Notes under the pieces: generated by a model | Databases searched by the model: none | Told to the model about the DNA's origin: nothing | What the model saw: the letters and a program-made list of their open reading frames with translations, nothing else | Made by a program: the position numbers and the translations under genes | Shown: positions 9,262 through 18,002 of the stretch, piece after piece | Layout of the letters: each line of letters opens with the position of its first letter | Position numbering within the stretch: position 1 is the stretch's first letter | Origin: an uncultured Gemmatimonadota bacterium | Lineage (GTDB): Bacteria > Gemmatimonadota > CAZMKB01 > CAZNLH01 | NCBI GenBank assembly: GCA_964573995.1 | Contig: CAZNLH010000002.1 | Span: 25,060-89,059 of the forward strand | DNA: 64,000 nucleotides | Direction: 5' to 3'

Positions 9262-10269
9262 ATGGCTGAATCCAGCAGGGTGTGGGTGCTTCGTAACGAT
9301 CGGGTGGAATCGGTTCACCGGATATCCGCCGCGGTGGTTGACGGATCGGGCGATCTCGCCTTCTCGACAGGGGACCCCCAATTGCGCACGTACTTTAGAT
9401 CTTCGGCCAAGTTGTTACAGGCCATACCGTTCATTGAATCGGCAGGAGATGAGGTCTTCGGCCTGACCCCCGGCGAGGTGGCAGTGATCGCATCATCTCA
9501 CAATGGAGAGAAGATGCACACCGATGCCGTGTATTCCATCCTGTCGAAGATCGGGTTGAAGGAAGAGGACCTCTTCTGTGGCCCGCACGAGCCCATCAAC
9601 CCGGCGGCGGCCGAGGCACTGCGGGCCGCGGGGAGAAAACCGACCTCCGTGCACAACAATTGCTCCGGCAAGCACGCCGGGATCCTCGCGCTCTGCGTTC
9701 TGAACGGGTGGCCGGTCAAGGGGTACCAACTGGCCGGGCACAGGGCCCAGGAGCGCATATTCGGCGTAATCGCCGAGGCCACCGACCAGCGGGTCTCTTC
9801 CATTGAATATGGCACTGACGGATGTGGAATACCGACCTTTTACCTCTCGATAACGCAGATGGCCCTGGCCTACAGCAGGCTCATGGCGTGGGCGAAGCAG
9901 GGTGGAGAAAGGGGAAGGGCGGTCGAGAAGATCATCGGGGCAATAAGGGAGGAGCCATTGATGCTCGACGGGACCGGCGGGTTTTCCACCGACCTGGCGA
10001 AGGCTACATCCGGACGGATCATCGGTAAGGTTGGCGCCGAGGGGCTCTTTTGCATCGGTGTGCCTCGAGAAGGCCTGGGGATAGCGATCAAGGTGGAAGA
10101 TGGAAACCGCCGGGCGACTTCCGCGGCCGCCGTGGAGACGCTGAAGGCATTGGGACTCCTCGCGGAAGGTGAACTGGAGTCCCTCTCGCGGCACCACAGG
10201 CCCGTGATCGCCAATCACCAGGGCGCGATTGTCGGCAATCTGTCACCGGAAATTCACTTTAAGGGGTGA
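9262..10269 (+). CDS. asparaginase II family protein (PF06089-like)
   Basis: Conserved blocks of the asparaginase_II family (SSHNGE, NNCSGKHAG, GTDGCG). An AGGTGGAG ribosome-binding site precedes the ATG at 9262; the six-frame track starts at 9247. Confidence 0.75.
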   Translation: MAESSRVWVLRNDRVESVHRISAAVVDGSGDLAFSTGDPQLRTYFRSSAKLLQAIPFIESAGDEVFGLTPGEVAVIASSHNGEKMHTDAVYSILSKIGLKEEDLFCGPHEPINPAAAEALRAAGRKPTSVHNNCSGKHAGILALCVLNGWPVKGYQLAGHRAQERIFGVIAEATDQRVSSIEYGTDGCGIPTFYLSITQMALAYSRLMAWAKQGGERGRAVEKIIGAIREEPLMLDGTGGFSTDLAKATSGRIIGKVGAEGLFCIGVPREGLGIAIKVEDGNRRATSAAAVETLKALGLLAEGELESLSRHHRPVIANHQGAIVGNLSPEIHFKG

Positions 10270-10946
10270 AGTTGTCTTACGGAGATGTGATAGAACGTTT
10301 CCTCGGACGTCCGGGACTCGACCGTAAAGCGAGACACTTGTGCTGGGTGGCGGCACTTCTTGCGATGGGAGAAGAGGAGGCGCTGCGCGAGGCCGTCATC
10401 GAGGCGATCGATGATGATGTCCCGCCCGGCGCCATCATGGAATCGATCCTTCAGAGTTATCTCTTCGTGGGATATCCACGCGCGATAAACGGCCTGCATA
10501 TCCTCCGGGAGACGTGTCGCGCATCGGGTCTGGATTATCCCGCAGGGACCGACATCGATGAGGACTACCCGTGCTGGGAGGCCTGGCAGAGGCGTGGTGA
10601 GCGTCTCTGTCGCCTTGTGTACGGAGATAGGTACGAGCGCCTGATAGAGAAGATACGGGGATTGCACCCGTTGCTTGCCCGGTGGATGATCATAGAGGGC
10701 TATGGGAAGGTCCTCGGGCGCGGCGGCCTTCCAATAAAGGAGAGGGAGTTGCTGGTCATATCCGTCCTGACCGTACAGGGGGCCTGGAGACAACTCCGCT
10801 CTCACCTCGCCGGAGGGCTTCACGCGGGGGCCTCGAGGGTCGAACTCGAAGAGGCGATCCGCCAACTCGGTCCGTTTCTGCGGGAAGACAGGATCGAGAC
10901 GGCGCTATCTTGCCTGGTGGAGGAAATGGGCCCGAAAGGAAGTTGA
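10266..10946 (+). CDS. carboxymuconolactone decarboxylase (AhpD-like) family protein
   Basis: All-helical 226-aa protein with the CMD/AhpD-like pattern. It is translationally coupled, overlapping the asparaginase stop. Confidence 0.6.
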   Translation: MKLSYGDVIERFLGRPGLDRKARHLCWVAALLAMGEEEALREAVIEAIDDDVPPGAIMESILQSYLFVGYPRAINGLHILRETCRASGLDYPAGTDIDEDYPCWEAWQRRGERLCRLVYGDRYERLIEKIRGLHPLLARWMIIEGYGKVLGRGGLPIKERELLVISVLTVQGAWRQLRSHLAGGLHAGASRVELEEAIRQLGPFLREDRIETALSCLVEEMGPKGS

Positions 10947-11366
10947 ATGGAGGAAGACGACCGAGATTTCACAACCTCGACGGTGCGCGTCCGGTACGCG
11001 GAGACCGACCAGATGGGAGTGGTGTATCATACCAACTACTTGGTATGGTTTGAAGTGGGCAGAACCGAGTATATCCGGGAGAAGGGATTGAGTTATCGGT
11101 TCATGGAGGAAAAGGGGGTGTACCTGCCGGTGCTGGAGTCTCACTGCAGGATAGTGGCATCTGCGAGGTTCGAAGACTCCCTTGAAGTACGAACATGGAT
11201 CAGTGAGATGAAGACCCGGAAGATGGTATTCTCATACGAGGTCAGGAGGGAGGGCGAACTCCTGGCAAACGGGATGACGGTACATATCTGCCTGAACGGG
11301 AATCGACGCCCGATTCGGATACCCGAGTGGGTTCAGAGGAGCCTCCTCACGCGCCTGCCGGAGTAA
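10947..11366 (+). CDS. acyl-CoA thioesterase, YbgC/4HBT hotdog family
   Basis: YAETDQMGVVYHTNYLVWFEVGRTEY is the canonical 4HBT/YbgC N-terminal catalytic motif. The start is immediately after the upstream stop. Confidence 0.75.
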   Translation: MEEDDRDFTTSTVRVRYAETDQMGVVYHTNYLVWFEVGRTEYIREKGLSYRFMEEKGVYLPVLESHCRIVASARFEDSLEVRTWISEMKTRKMVFSYEVRREGELLANGMTVHICLNGNRRPIRIPEWVQRSLLTRLPE

Positions 11367-11390
11367 GGGAGAGTCAACAAGGGCAATGCC

Positions 11391-14303
11391 TTGGACGGAC
11401 GATTCGGTGCAGTCAGGTCCATTCCCTGTGAGCCCGGTGCAAACCGGGTTGTTGTCATGCAGCATTCCCAGCGTTTTCATTCCGCTACCTGTTGGTTGTC
11501 GCGGCTTCACGTCTGTCTGATCGTTGTTTTCTCCGTACTGGCGTCCTGCCGCTTCCTTTCCTCGCAGACCTTTTACTTTGGCAAGAACAAGATCCAGTAT
11601 GTCGATTTCGATTGGCACATACTGAAGGGTGAGCACGTCGATGTCTACTTTTATCCCGAGGAGCGGGAGATCGCCGAGGTCGCTCTCAAGGAGGCCGAAT
11701 CGAGTTACCGGTTCCTCGAGGAGAAGTTCAGGCATCACGTCTTTCGCAGGATCCCCCTGATACTGTATAGTTCACACCAGGATTTCGAACAGACCAACGT
11801 CATCCCCTATTTCGTCCCGGAAGGGGTGGGTGGAGTGACGGAGTTACTCAAGGGGAGGGTGGCCCTCCCCTTCAGCGGCTCTTATCACGATTTCAAGACG
11901 GTAATTCGTCACGAGATGGTGCACGTCTTTGAAACCGGCAAGATCAACAGTTACAGGATGATGAGGAAGGGATACCAGGCGGTTTATTCCCCACTATGGG
12001 TAACGGAGGGGCTGGCCGAGTACCTTTCAGGGGAGTGGAACACGCTCGGCGATCAGGTGATGCGGGACCTCGTCATGCATCACCGGCTGTCCGACATAGG
12101 GGACCTGTGGCACTTCAACGGGACTTTCGCGGTCTACAAGATAGGACAGTCGATCTTCCGTTTCCTCGGGGAGCGCTACGGCGACGATAAGATAAGCCTC
12201 CTGTACGAGGAGATGGGGAGGGGGAGCACCTTCCCGGCGGCGTTCAGGAGGACCTACGGAACTACCCTTGAAGATGTCGGGAGTGAATGGAATTGGTGGT
12301 TGAAGCAACGCTATTACCCCGAGGTGGCCAGGTTTACCGATTTGGGGGTGAGGGCGGAGAAATTGACCCGTGGAGGCTCGAGTTTTCACCCGGTGATCTT
12401 CAAGGACGGGGAAGGAATAAACCGGCTGGTCTATATATCGACACGATCCGGTTACGAGGATATCTGCGAGATATCTATGGATGATGAGAAGACGCCTGAG
12501 AAGACAATCCTGAGGGGGGGCAGGGGCGCCCTGCTCGAGTCCCTGCATCCCTTTCAGAGCGGGATAGACGTGAGCGAGGCAGGCATCCTCGTGTTTTCTT
12601 CGAAATACCACGACCGTGACGCCTTGGTATTTCTCGACCTGGATACCGGCAAGATCACGGGGAGGTACCAGTTTGAAGGAATAGTGGGAATTACATCGCC
12701 GGCCTGGTCTCCCGGGGGCGATCGGGTTGTGTTTTCAGGGCTCACCCCTGCTGGCTACCTCGACCTCTTTGTCTTCCATCTTGGGGATGGAAGGCTCGAA
12801 CAACTGACGAACGATCGATATGCCGATCGGGACCCGGATTTTTCGCCCGGGGGTGATCGCGTCGTTTTTTCATCGGACAGGACACCTTACGGGAAGGGTG
12901 GGGCATTGAACCTCTGCACGATCGATATTTCATCGAGGGAAATCCGTTACCTGATGCTCGGGCCGTGGCGCGACGAGTCGCCGGAATGGCGTTCTGGAAG
13001 GGACGGCGAGATCCTCTTTGTATCCGACCGGGACGGTATTCAGAATGCGTACTCGCTTGGAGAGGGGGGAAGAGTCGAACGATTGACTTCATTCTCAAGC
13101 GGGGTATACTCGCCCAGGTGGTTGCCCGATAAAAAGGGTCTCGTCTTCGCCGCCATGGATGACCAGAGTTTCGGGATCTATCGGATGGACCGGCTGGAGC
13201 GGCCGGATACCGTATCGGTTGTACCGGCGGTGGAGAAGGGTGTGCATTCGTGGGGATGGGAATTGCCGGTGAATGATTCGAGCAGGGTCGAGAGGGTTGA
13301 GAGGTACAGGCGCAAATTTTCGCTCGATATCGCCCAGGGTGGTGTGGGCTTCAGCAGTTCTTTCGGTAACGCACAGGGGGCGCAGTTTGTCCTGTCCGAC
13401 ATGCTGAGTGATCAGTTGGTGGCCTTGCAGGTCTTCAACACGGCCTCATCGAGCAAGGATTTTCTCGGATCCTTCAGCGGGTCCGCAACCTACATAAACC
13501 GCAAGGAGCGGCTCAATTACGGATGGGGGGCCTACCATTTCAAGGGTGACTTCTTCGATTTCAGACGTTCCGACACCCCCTTTTCGGAGCGGCAGTACGG
13601 CGCCTTTTTCCTCCTTGGCTACCCCTTCTCCAAGTTCCTGAGGGTGGAGGGCTCCATCCTTGTCTCCCGTTCCGATCGGAGTGATTATATATCCAACTTC
13701 AGTCGGAAGTCCTACCTTGTTACCAATGTATTCTCCCTCGTAAAGGACAATTCGCTGTGGCTCCCTACGGGGCCCATCGACGGCGAGCGGATCAACCTGA
13801 CGATCGGCATCACCAACGACATAAGCCGGGCAAGTACGGACAACATGACGCTCCAGGCGGATATCCGGAAGTATTTCAGGACGTCGCTGCGATCTGCCTA
13901 TGCGGTTAGGCTGTTCGGGAGGATCAGCGAGGGAACACTGCCGGAACGGGCATTCATCGGGGGTAGTTGGACCCTCAGGGGTTACCCCAGGTTTTCGATA
14001 CTTGGAACCCGGGTGGTCCTGATCAACCAGGAATTGCGGTTTCCCCTCTTGAACCGCCTGATACTGCGTTTCCCGTTCGGTGACCTCTCTTCTCCGCCCA
14101 TCCAGGGGGCCCTCTTTTTTGATGCCGGCAACGCGTGGGACAAGGATGCGGGGTATCCCGGCCTCCTTGGAAGTTTCGGGCTTGGAGCCAGGTTCAGCCT
14201 GGGCGGTCCCCTGGTCCTGCGGCTCGACTTAGCGAGGACGACGGATTTCCATTCGATCTCGCACGATACGAAGGTCGACTTTTTCTTCGGTTATGACTAT
14301 TGA
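11391..14303 (+). CDS. outer-membrane fusion protein: HExxH zinc-peptidase-like domain + PD40 (TolB-like) beta-propeller repeats + C-terminal Omp85/BamA-family barrel
   Basis: HEMVH at about residue 185. There are at least four PD40 repeats (SPAWSPGGDRVVFS, DPDFSPGGDRVVFSS, SPEWRSGRDGEILFVSDRDG, SPRWLPDKKGLVFAA). The C-terminal roughly 330 aa carry Omp85 barrel signatures (RAFIGGSWTLRGYP, NQELRFPL, GALFFDAGNAW, GLGARFSLGGPLVLRLDLA, terminal FFFGYDY). The true start is probably the Met at 11454 ahead of a signal peptide. Confidence 0.7.
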   Translation: MDGRFGAVRSIPCEPGANRVVVMQHSQRFHSATCWLSRLHVCLIVVFSVLASCRFLSSQTFYFGKNKIQYVDFDWHILKGEHVDVYFYPEEREIAEVALKEAESSYRFLEEKFRHHVFRRIPLILYSSHQDFEQTNVIPYFVPEGVGGVTELLKGRVALPFSGSYHDFKTVIRHEMVHVFETGKINSYRMMRKGYQAVYSPLWVTEGLAEYLSGEWNTLGDQVMRDLVMHHRLSDIGDLWHFNGTFAVYKIGQSIFRFLGERYGDDKISLLYEEMGRGSTFPAAFRRTYGTTLEDVGSEWNWWLKQRYYPEVARFTDLGVRAEKLTRGGSSFHPVIFKDGEGINRLVYISTRSGYEDICEISMDDEKTPEKTILRGGRGALLESLHPFQSGIDVSEAGILVFSSKYHDRDALVFLDLDTGKITGRYQFEGIVGITSPAWSPGGDRVVFSGLTPAGYLDLFVFHLGDGRLEQLTNDRYADRDPDFSPGGDRVVFSSDRTPYGKGGALNLCTIDISSREIRYLMLGPWRDESPEWRSGRDGEILFVSDRDGIQNAYSLGEGGRVERLTSFSSGVYSPRWLPDKKGLVFAAMDDQSFGIYRMDRLERPDTVSVVPAVEKGVHSWGWELPVNDSSRVERVERYRRKFSLDIAQGGVGFSSSFGNAQGAQFVLSDMLSDQLVALQVFNTASSSKDFLGSFSGSATYINRKERLNYGWGAYHFKGDFFDFRRSDTPFSERQYGAFFLLGYPFSKFLRVEGSILVSRSDRSDYISNFSRKSYLVTNVFSLVKDNSLWLPTGPIDGERINLTIGITNDISRASTDNMTLQADIRKYFRTSLRSAYAVRLFGRISEGTLPERAFIGGSWTLRGYPRFSILGTRVVLINQELRFPLLNRLILRFPFGDLSSPPIQGALFFDAGNAWDKDAGYPGLLGSFGLGARFSLGGPLVLRLDLARTTDFHSISHDTKVDFFFGYDY

Positions 14304-14322
14304 TAATGGGCGGCCCCGAGCG

Positions 14323-15597
14323 TCAAGGCAGGACACTGATCGCGGAGGGATATACGAAGCCTCCCACGCTTCCCAGTATGTCTCCATCCTTCGACACCTT
14401 TATCACCCTGCCTTCCATCGAGGTTGCGGCCGCCAGCCAGCACGAGCCCTCCACGGGGTCGACTGCCAGGTCGCTGATGAATTCGAAACCTGGTACGTCC
14501 AGGTCGGTAGTGAATGAGGGCCCTACGCGCGTGATGGTCCAGGTCTCGGCGTAATGGGCGATCCAGCAGGAGCCGTCGCCGGTATTTACGGCCACCTTCA
14601 CGGGCGGTGGCTGGATGTCTCCCAGTGCGAAAAGAGTCCCTCCATCCTTGCTCAATATGGTTACCCCGTTGTCATCGGCGATCCAGCACCGACCGTAGAC
14701 AGGGTCCGCGGATAGCGACACGGGGTTGCTGAAACCGCCTATTGCCGTGAAGTCCTCCTCGCCCGGGCCCTTCCTGTAGACTGTCCCCTCCCCGCGGGAT
14801 GCCACCCACACCGTCCCGTCGCCCTGATCGATGTCTATATCGATCGGGTCCGAAATGTAGGGAAAAAAGGCCAGTTCGTTCCCCGAATCGTCGACCTGGG
14901 AAACACCACCGGGAGACCTGTAGCCGATCCAGAGCGTATGGTCGGAGGCGCGCACGCCGAGGGTGACCGGGAGTCCCCTGCCGGCGCCCGAGTTGCTGTG
15001 CTCGAGCAGAAAGTCTCCGTCGATCCCGTATTTTATGACGCGCCTGCCGAAGTAATCCGCCACCCAGATGGATTGTCCGTCCGGTGAGATCTCCACGTCC
15101 ATGGGGCCCGAGAGACCCGTTACGCGTGTCAAGCGGTCGCGGGCGTCTGGGGTGATCCTCCACAGGGCGGGGGAGTCGAGGTCGACCGTCCAGGCCGTCG
15201 TTGGGCCCGGCGTAGCGACGTCAGAGGCCGAATAATAGCGCTCTGAGTGTGGCGCCAGGAACCGGAGGATATAGGTGTACGTGTGGGAGTTAAGGACATC
15301 GGCATCCGTCCAGGTAGTATCTTCAGGTGGAATCCGGGACTGGTTCAGGGTCGTCGTTTCCGGCGAGTCGCCCTCGAGTCTCAACAAGTCGTATCCCACC
15401 AGGTCGTGAAGGTCGAGGTCGTTCCATGCCAGCCTTACCTCCTCGTCTCCGGCGAGCGCATTTAGGTTGTCAGGCGTTCCACCGGTGGAGGGGTTCATCG
15501 GGTCGAGTGGATTGATGTGGTCTCTCCCCTTGCACCCCTCAGTGAGGAGCAGGGTGCAACAGGAGAGCAGAATGGTAACTGTGGCCCTGTATATCAT
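14323..15597 (-). CDS. lipoprotein with a fibronectin-III-like domain and NHL/beta-propeller repeats
   Basis: Start at MIYRATVTILLSCCTLLLTEGC (signal plus Cys), with an ATGA overlap onto the upstream gene stop. Repeated propeller-like blocks (WVADYFG, WIADDNG, CWIAHY, CWLAAAT). The six-frame ORF extends to 15756, but the internal Met fits the operon coupling. Confidence 0.55.
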   Translation of the reverse strand: MIYRATVTILLSCCTLLLTEGCKGRDHINPLDPMNPSTGGTPDNLNALAGDEEVRLAWNDLDLHDLVGYDLLRLEGDSPETTTLNQSRIPPEDTTWTDADVLNSHTYTYILRFLAPHSERYYSASDVATPGPTTAWTVDLDSPALWRITPDARDRLTRVTGLSGPMDVEISPDGQSIWVADYFGRRVIKYGIDGDFLLEHSNSGAGRGLPVTLGVRASDHTLWIGYRSPGGVSQVDDSGNELAFFPYISDPIDIDIDQGDGTVWVASRGEGTVYRKGPGEEDFTAIGGFSNPVSLSADPVYGRCWIADDNGVTILSKDGGTLFALGDIQPPPVKVAVNTGDGSCWIAHYAETWTITRVGPSFTTDLDVPGFEFISDLAVDPVEGSCWLAAATSMEGRVIKVSKDGDILGSVGGFVYPSAISVLP

Positions 15598-16499
15598 CGT
15601 CTGACAGTATCTCCAAAGTACCACGTGATGATCAGGGGGCTTTCTCCCGATCGTCCAAGTTTCAGGGCGGGGGGTGGCCTCTTCCCCTGATCGCCCCGCA
15701 AGTTCCTGAAAAAGAGGAAAATCGTGGCGCCCAGGGCCACCTGGCCGCTTACCCAAAGTATTCGGGCCCGGTTGTCCATCCGCTCCGCGCCGTTGAACAG
15801 GCGGTTCATATCATCCCTGGATGAGGTGTGCCGGTAATCGTCGAACAGGTCGTCGGCGCGCTCCTTGGTGTAAAATCCGAGTGCAGTGGCGCCGATAAAG
15901 TATGACAATGTGGCGTATGGTAACCAGCCGGGGGACACGCCGGGCCTCTGGTCTTTCCCTGTAGCGGCAACCTCCGGTGTGAGGTTCGAGCCGGCGGGTT
16001 CGAGAGACAGGTTGAGCAGGGGCACCTGGAGTCGGGGATCGTCAAGGCGGAAGGTCAACCTGCGGTATCCGATCTTGGCTACGCTCAAGGTGGAATCTAT
16101 GCCGCGGATGATGCTCAGTGCCAGCGGAGATCGCCCGGCCGGATGGCCGTTCAGGAATATTTCACTTGCTTCGGGCACAGTTGTAACCTGCAGGGGCCTG
16201 ACGTCTCCCTGCCGGATGACCAGGGATTCATCCTCCGCCAGCACGAAGGGACACGATTGCACGGGAGGCAACCATCGACCATCCCGGTCGGGCGGAAGCA
16301 GGGTCATGTAATGAAGGCCTGCTTGCACGGTGAGTGTGGCCGAGTCATTCACCCCCTTCGTTTCATTGTCGATAATGAGCACCGCTCCGGGATAATCCAG
16401 GCGGATCACGGCCGTTTTCTCGGCGAAAGCGGGGGAGATTCGAAAGGCCGGCCAAAGGGGAATCGTCGTGGCCAGTAGCGTGATCGTTGTCTTGCTCAC
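15594..16499 (-). CDS. PEGA-domain secreted or membrane protein
   Basis: Signal peptide; two PEGA-like segments (AVIRLDYPGAVLIIDNETKG and TTVPEASEIFLNGHPAGRSPL); a C-terminal transmembrane segment. It overlaps both neighbouring genes by 4 bp. Confidence 0.5.
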   Translation of the reverse strand: MSKTTITLLATTIPLWPAFRISPAFAEKTAVIRLDYPGAVLIIDNETKGVNDSATLTVQAGLHYMTLLPPDRDGRWLPPVQSCPFVLAEDESLVIRQGDVRPLQVTTVPEASEIFLNGHPAGRSPLALSIIRGIDSTLSVAKIGYRRLTFRLDDPRLQVPLLNLSLEPAGSNLTPEVAATGKDQRPGVSPGWLPYATLSYFIGATALGFYTKERADDLFDDYRHTSSRDDMNRLFNGAERMDNRARILWVSGQVALGATIFLFFRNLRGDQGKRPPPALKLGRSGESPLIITWYFGDTVRR

Positions 16500-17719
16500 C
16501 GTGCTCCACCCGTTCTGTCCAGGTCGTCTTCGGCTGCAAAGGCGATCAATTCACCCCTTCCGGTTGTAATGAATAGCCGCCTTCCCGATATGGCCGGAGC
16601 GGCGTACAATGGCGCGGCAACGGTCTCCTTCCACAACAATTCGCCGCTCCCGACGTCCACCATCACGATTTCACCGGCCAGCGATAAGATGATCACCGCC
16701 TTGCCGGAGGTTACTGGTGCCGCCTCGAGGAGACCGGAAGTCGTCCGCCTCCAAAGTAATTTGCCTGAGTGAGGGCCCCATGCGAATGCCGCACGGATGC
16801 CGTCCGTTCCGAGGATGGTATCTCCTGAAATGGACAATTTATAGGTCCTTGGTGCATTGGATACCTCCATGCGCCCTTCCGGGTGCCGTAGCGTGATGAG
16901 GCCGATCCCCCCCGCCCATCCATAAAACAGGCAACCGTCCATGGCAGCGGTGGAGGGAAAGGAATTCGGCGATATGGCCCTGTGATTGATAATTTTTCCG
17001 TCGATCGTTGATAGCACGTCCATCGTATCTTTCGAGGCGACTATGAACAGGGAGTCCCCAATGATGATGGGAGACTGCGGCACCATCGCCCTGAGTTGTC
17101 TCTTCCACAGGAGTTCCCCCCTGGTGATTGTATGGGCGAAGAGGGTGCCTTCATCAGACAGTGTGTATATGATTCCGGCATCTATAGTCGGAGTCGATCG
17201 GCTCGGGCCGATCTTCCTGTTCCAGATCTCTTCTCCCCTCCTGATATCTATCGCGTAGAGTGAGCCGTCGGGATATTCAGTGGTGACAAAGATTCTACCG
17301 CTTGAAACGACGGGGTCTCCGTAACATCCCCCCCCGATCTTGGTCTGCCATAGTTTTTTTCCATCCCTGGCAAGGTAGGCCTTCACCATTCCATCGGTAG
17401 TGGCGGCAATAACTATGGCGCCGACGGGGACGGGTGATCCCTTGAATCCACGCCCAGCCTTTGTCCTCCATGCCTCTATCAGGGGAGGCGAAAGTTCCGC
17501 ATGGATCGATCCACTCCTTTCGAAATCACCCCCCGCCGTCCGCCATTCTCCAATGTAGCCGGTCTCGTCTATCAGGCGGGCTCCACAGCCTGTGAATACG
17601 ATCAAGAGTGAGACAAGGATGAAGAGAAGGTTGCTCGGGGGGACGGATTGCAATTTCAATCCCTCTTGTTTCGGCCGCTTATACCCTATCGTTAAAGGTC
17701 GTGAATGATCCGATTCCAC
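16496..17719 (-). CDS. PQQ-like beta-propeller repeat lipoprotein (BamB-like)
   Basis: Lipobox LLIVFTGC. Repeated beta-propeller blades with the BamB/PQQ pattern (IFVTTEYPDGSLYAIDIRRGEEIW, IYTLSDEGTLFAHTITRGELLW, ILSLAGEIVMVDVGSGELLW). Confidence 0.55.
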   Translation of the reverse strand: MESDHSRPLTIGYKRPKQEGLKLQSVPPSNLLFILVSLLIVFTGCGARLIDETGYIGEWRTAGGDFERSGSIHAELSPPLIEAWRTKAGRGFKGSPVPVGAIVIAATTDGMVKAYLARDGKKLWQTKIGGGCYGDPVVSSGRIFVTTEYPDGSLYAIDIRRGEEIWNRKIGPSRSTPTIDAGIIYTLSDEGTLFAHTITRGELLWKRQLRAMVPQSPIIIGDSLFIVASKDTMDVLSTIDGKIINHRAISPNSFPSTAAMDGCLFYGWAGGIGLITLRHPEGRMEVSNAPRTYKLSISGDTILGTDGIRAAFAWGPHSGKLLWRRTTSGLLEAAPVTSGKAVIILSLAGEIVMVDVGSGELLWKETVAAPLYAAPAISGRRLFITTGRGELIAFAAEDDLDRTGGAR

Positions 17720-18002
17720 CTCTCATCCTTTCTACACCCGTTGTTCACAAGGTTCCTGTGCAACCCTGGTTTGGCCGTTCGTTGGGTGGATCTGGTGTCG
17801 TCTCACACGACGGAGCCCGGGAGGATAGGGGCGCCTGGGCAATGAAGGAGAAACTCCGGTTATGACGGTGGACTTGACAAGTAGCGAGCGAGACGATAGC
17901 ATTCACGTGATTGAGTCTATTACGTTGGCCGGTTGTAAATAGCCCGTCGTTGGTAAGGGCTCCGGGAGATAACGGGCGCCCTCGCGGTTCACAGAAAAAC
18001 AT

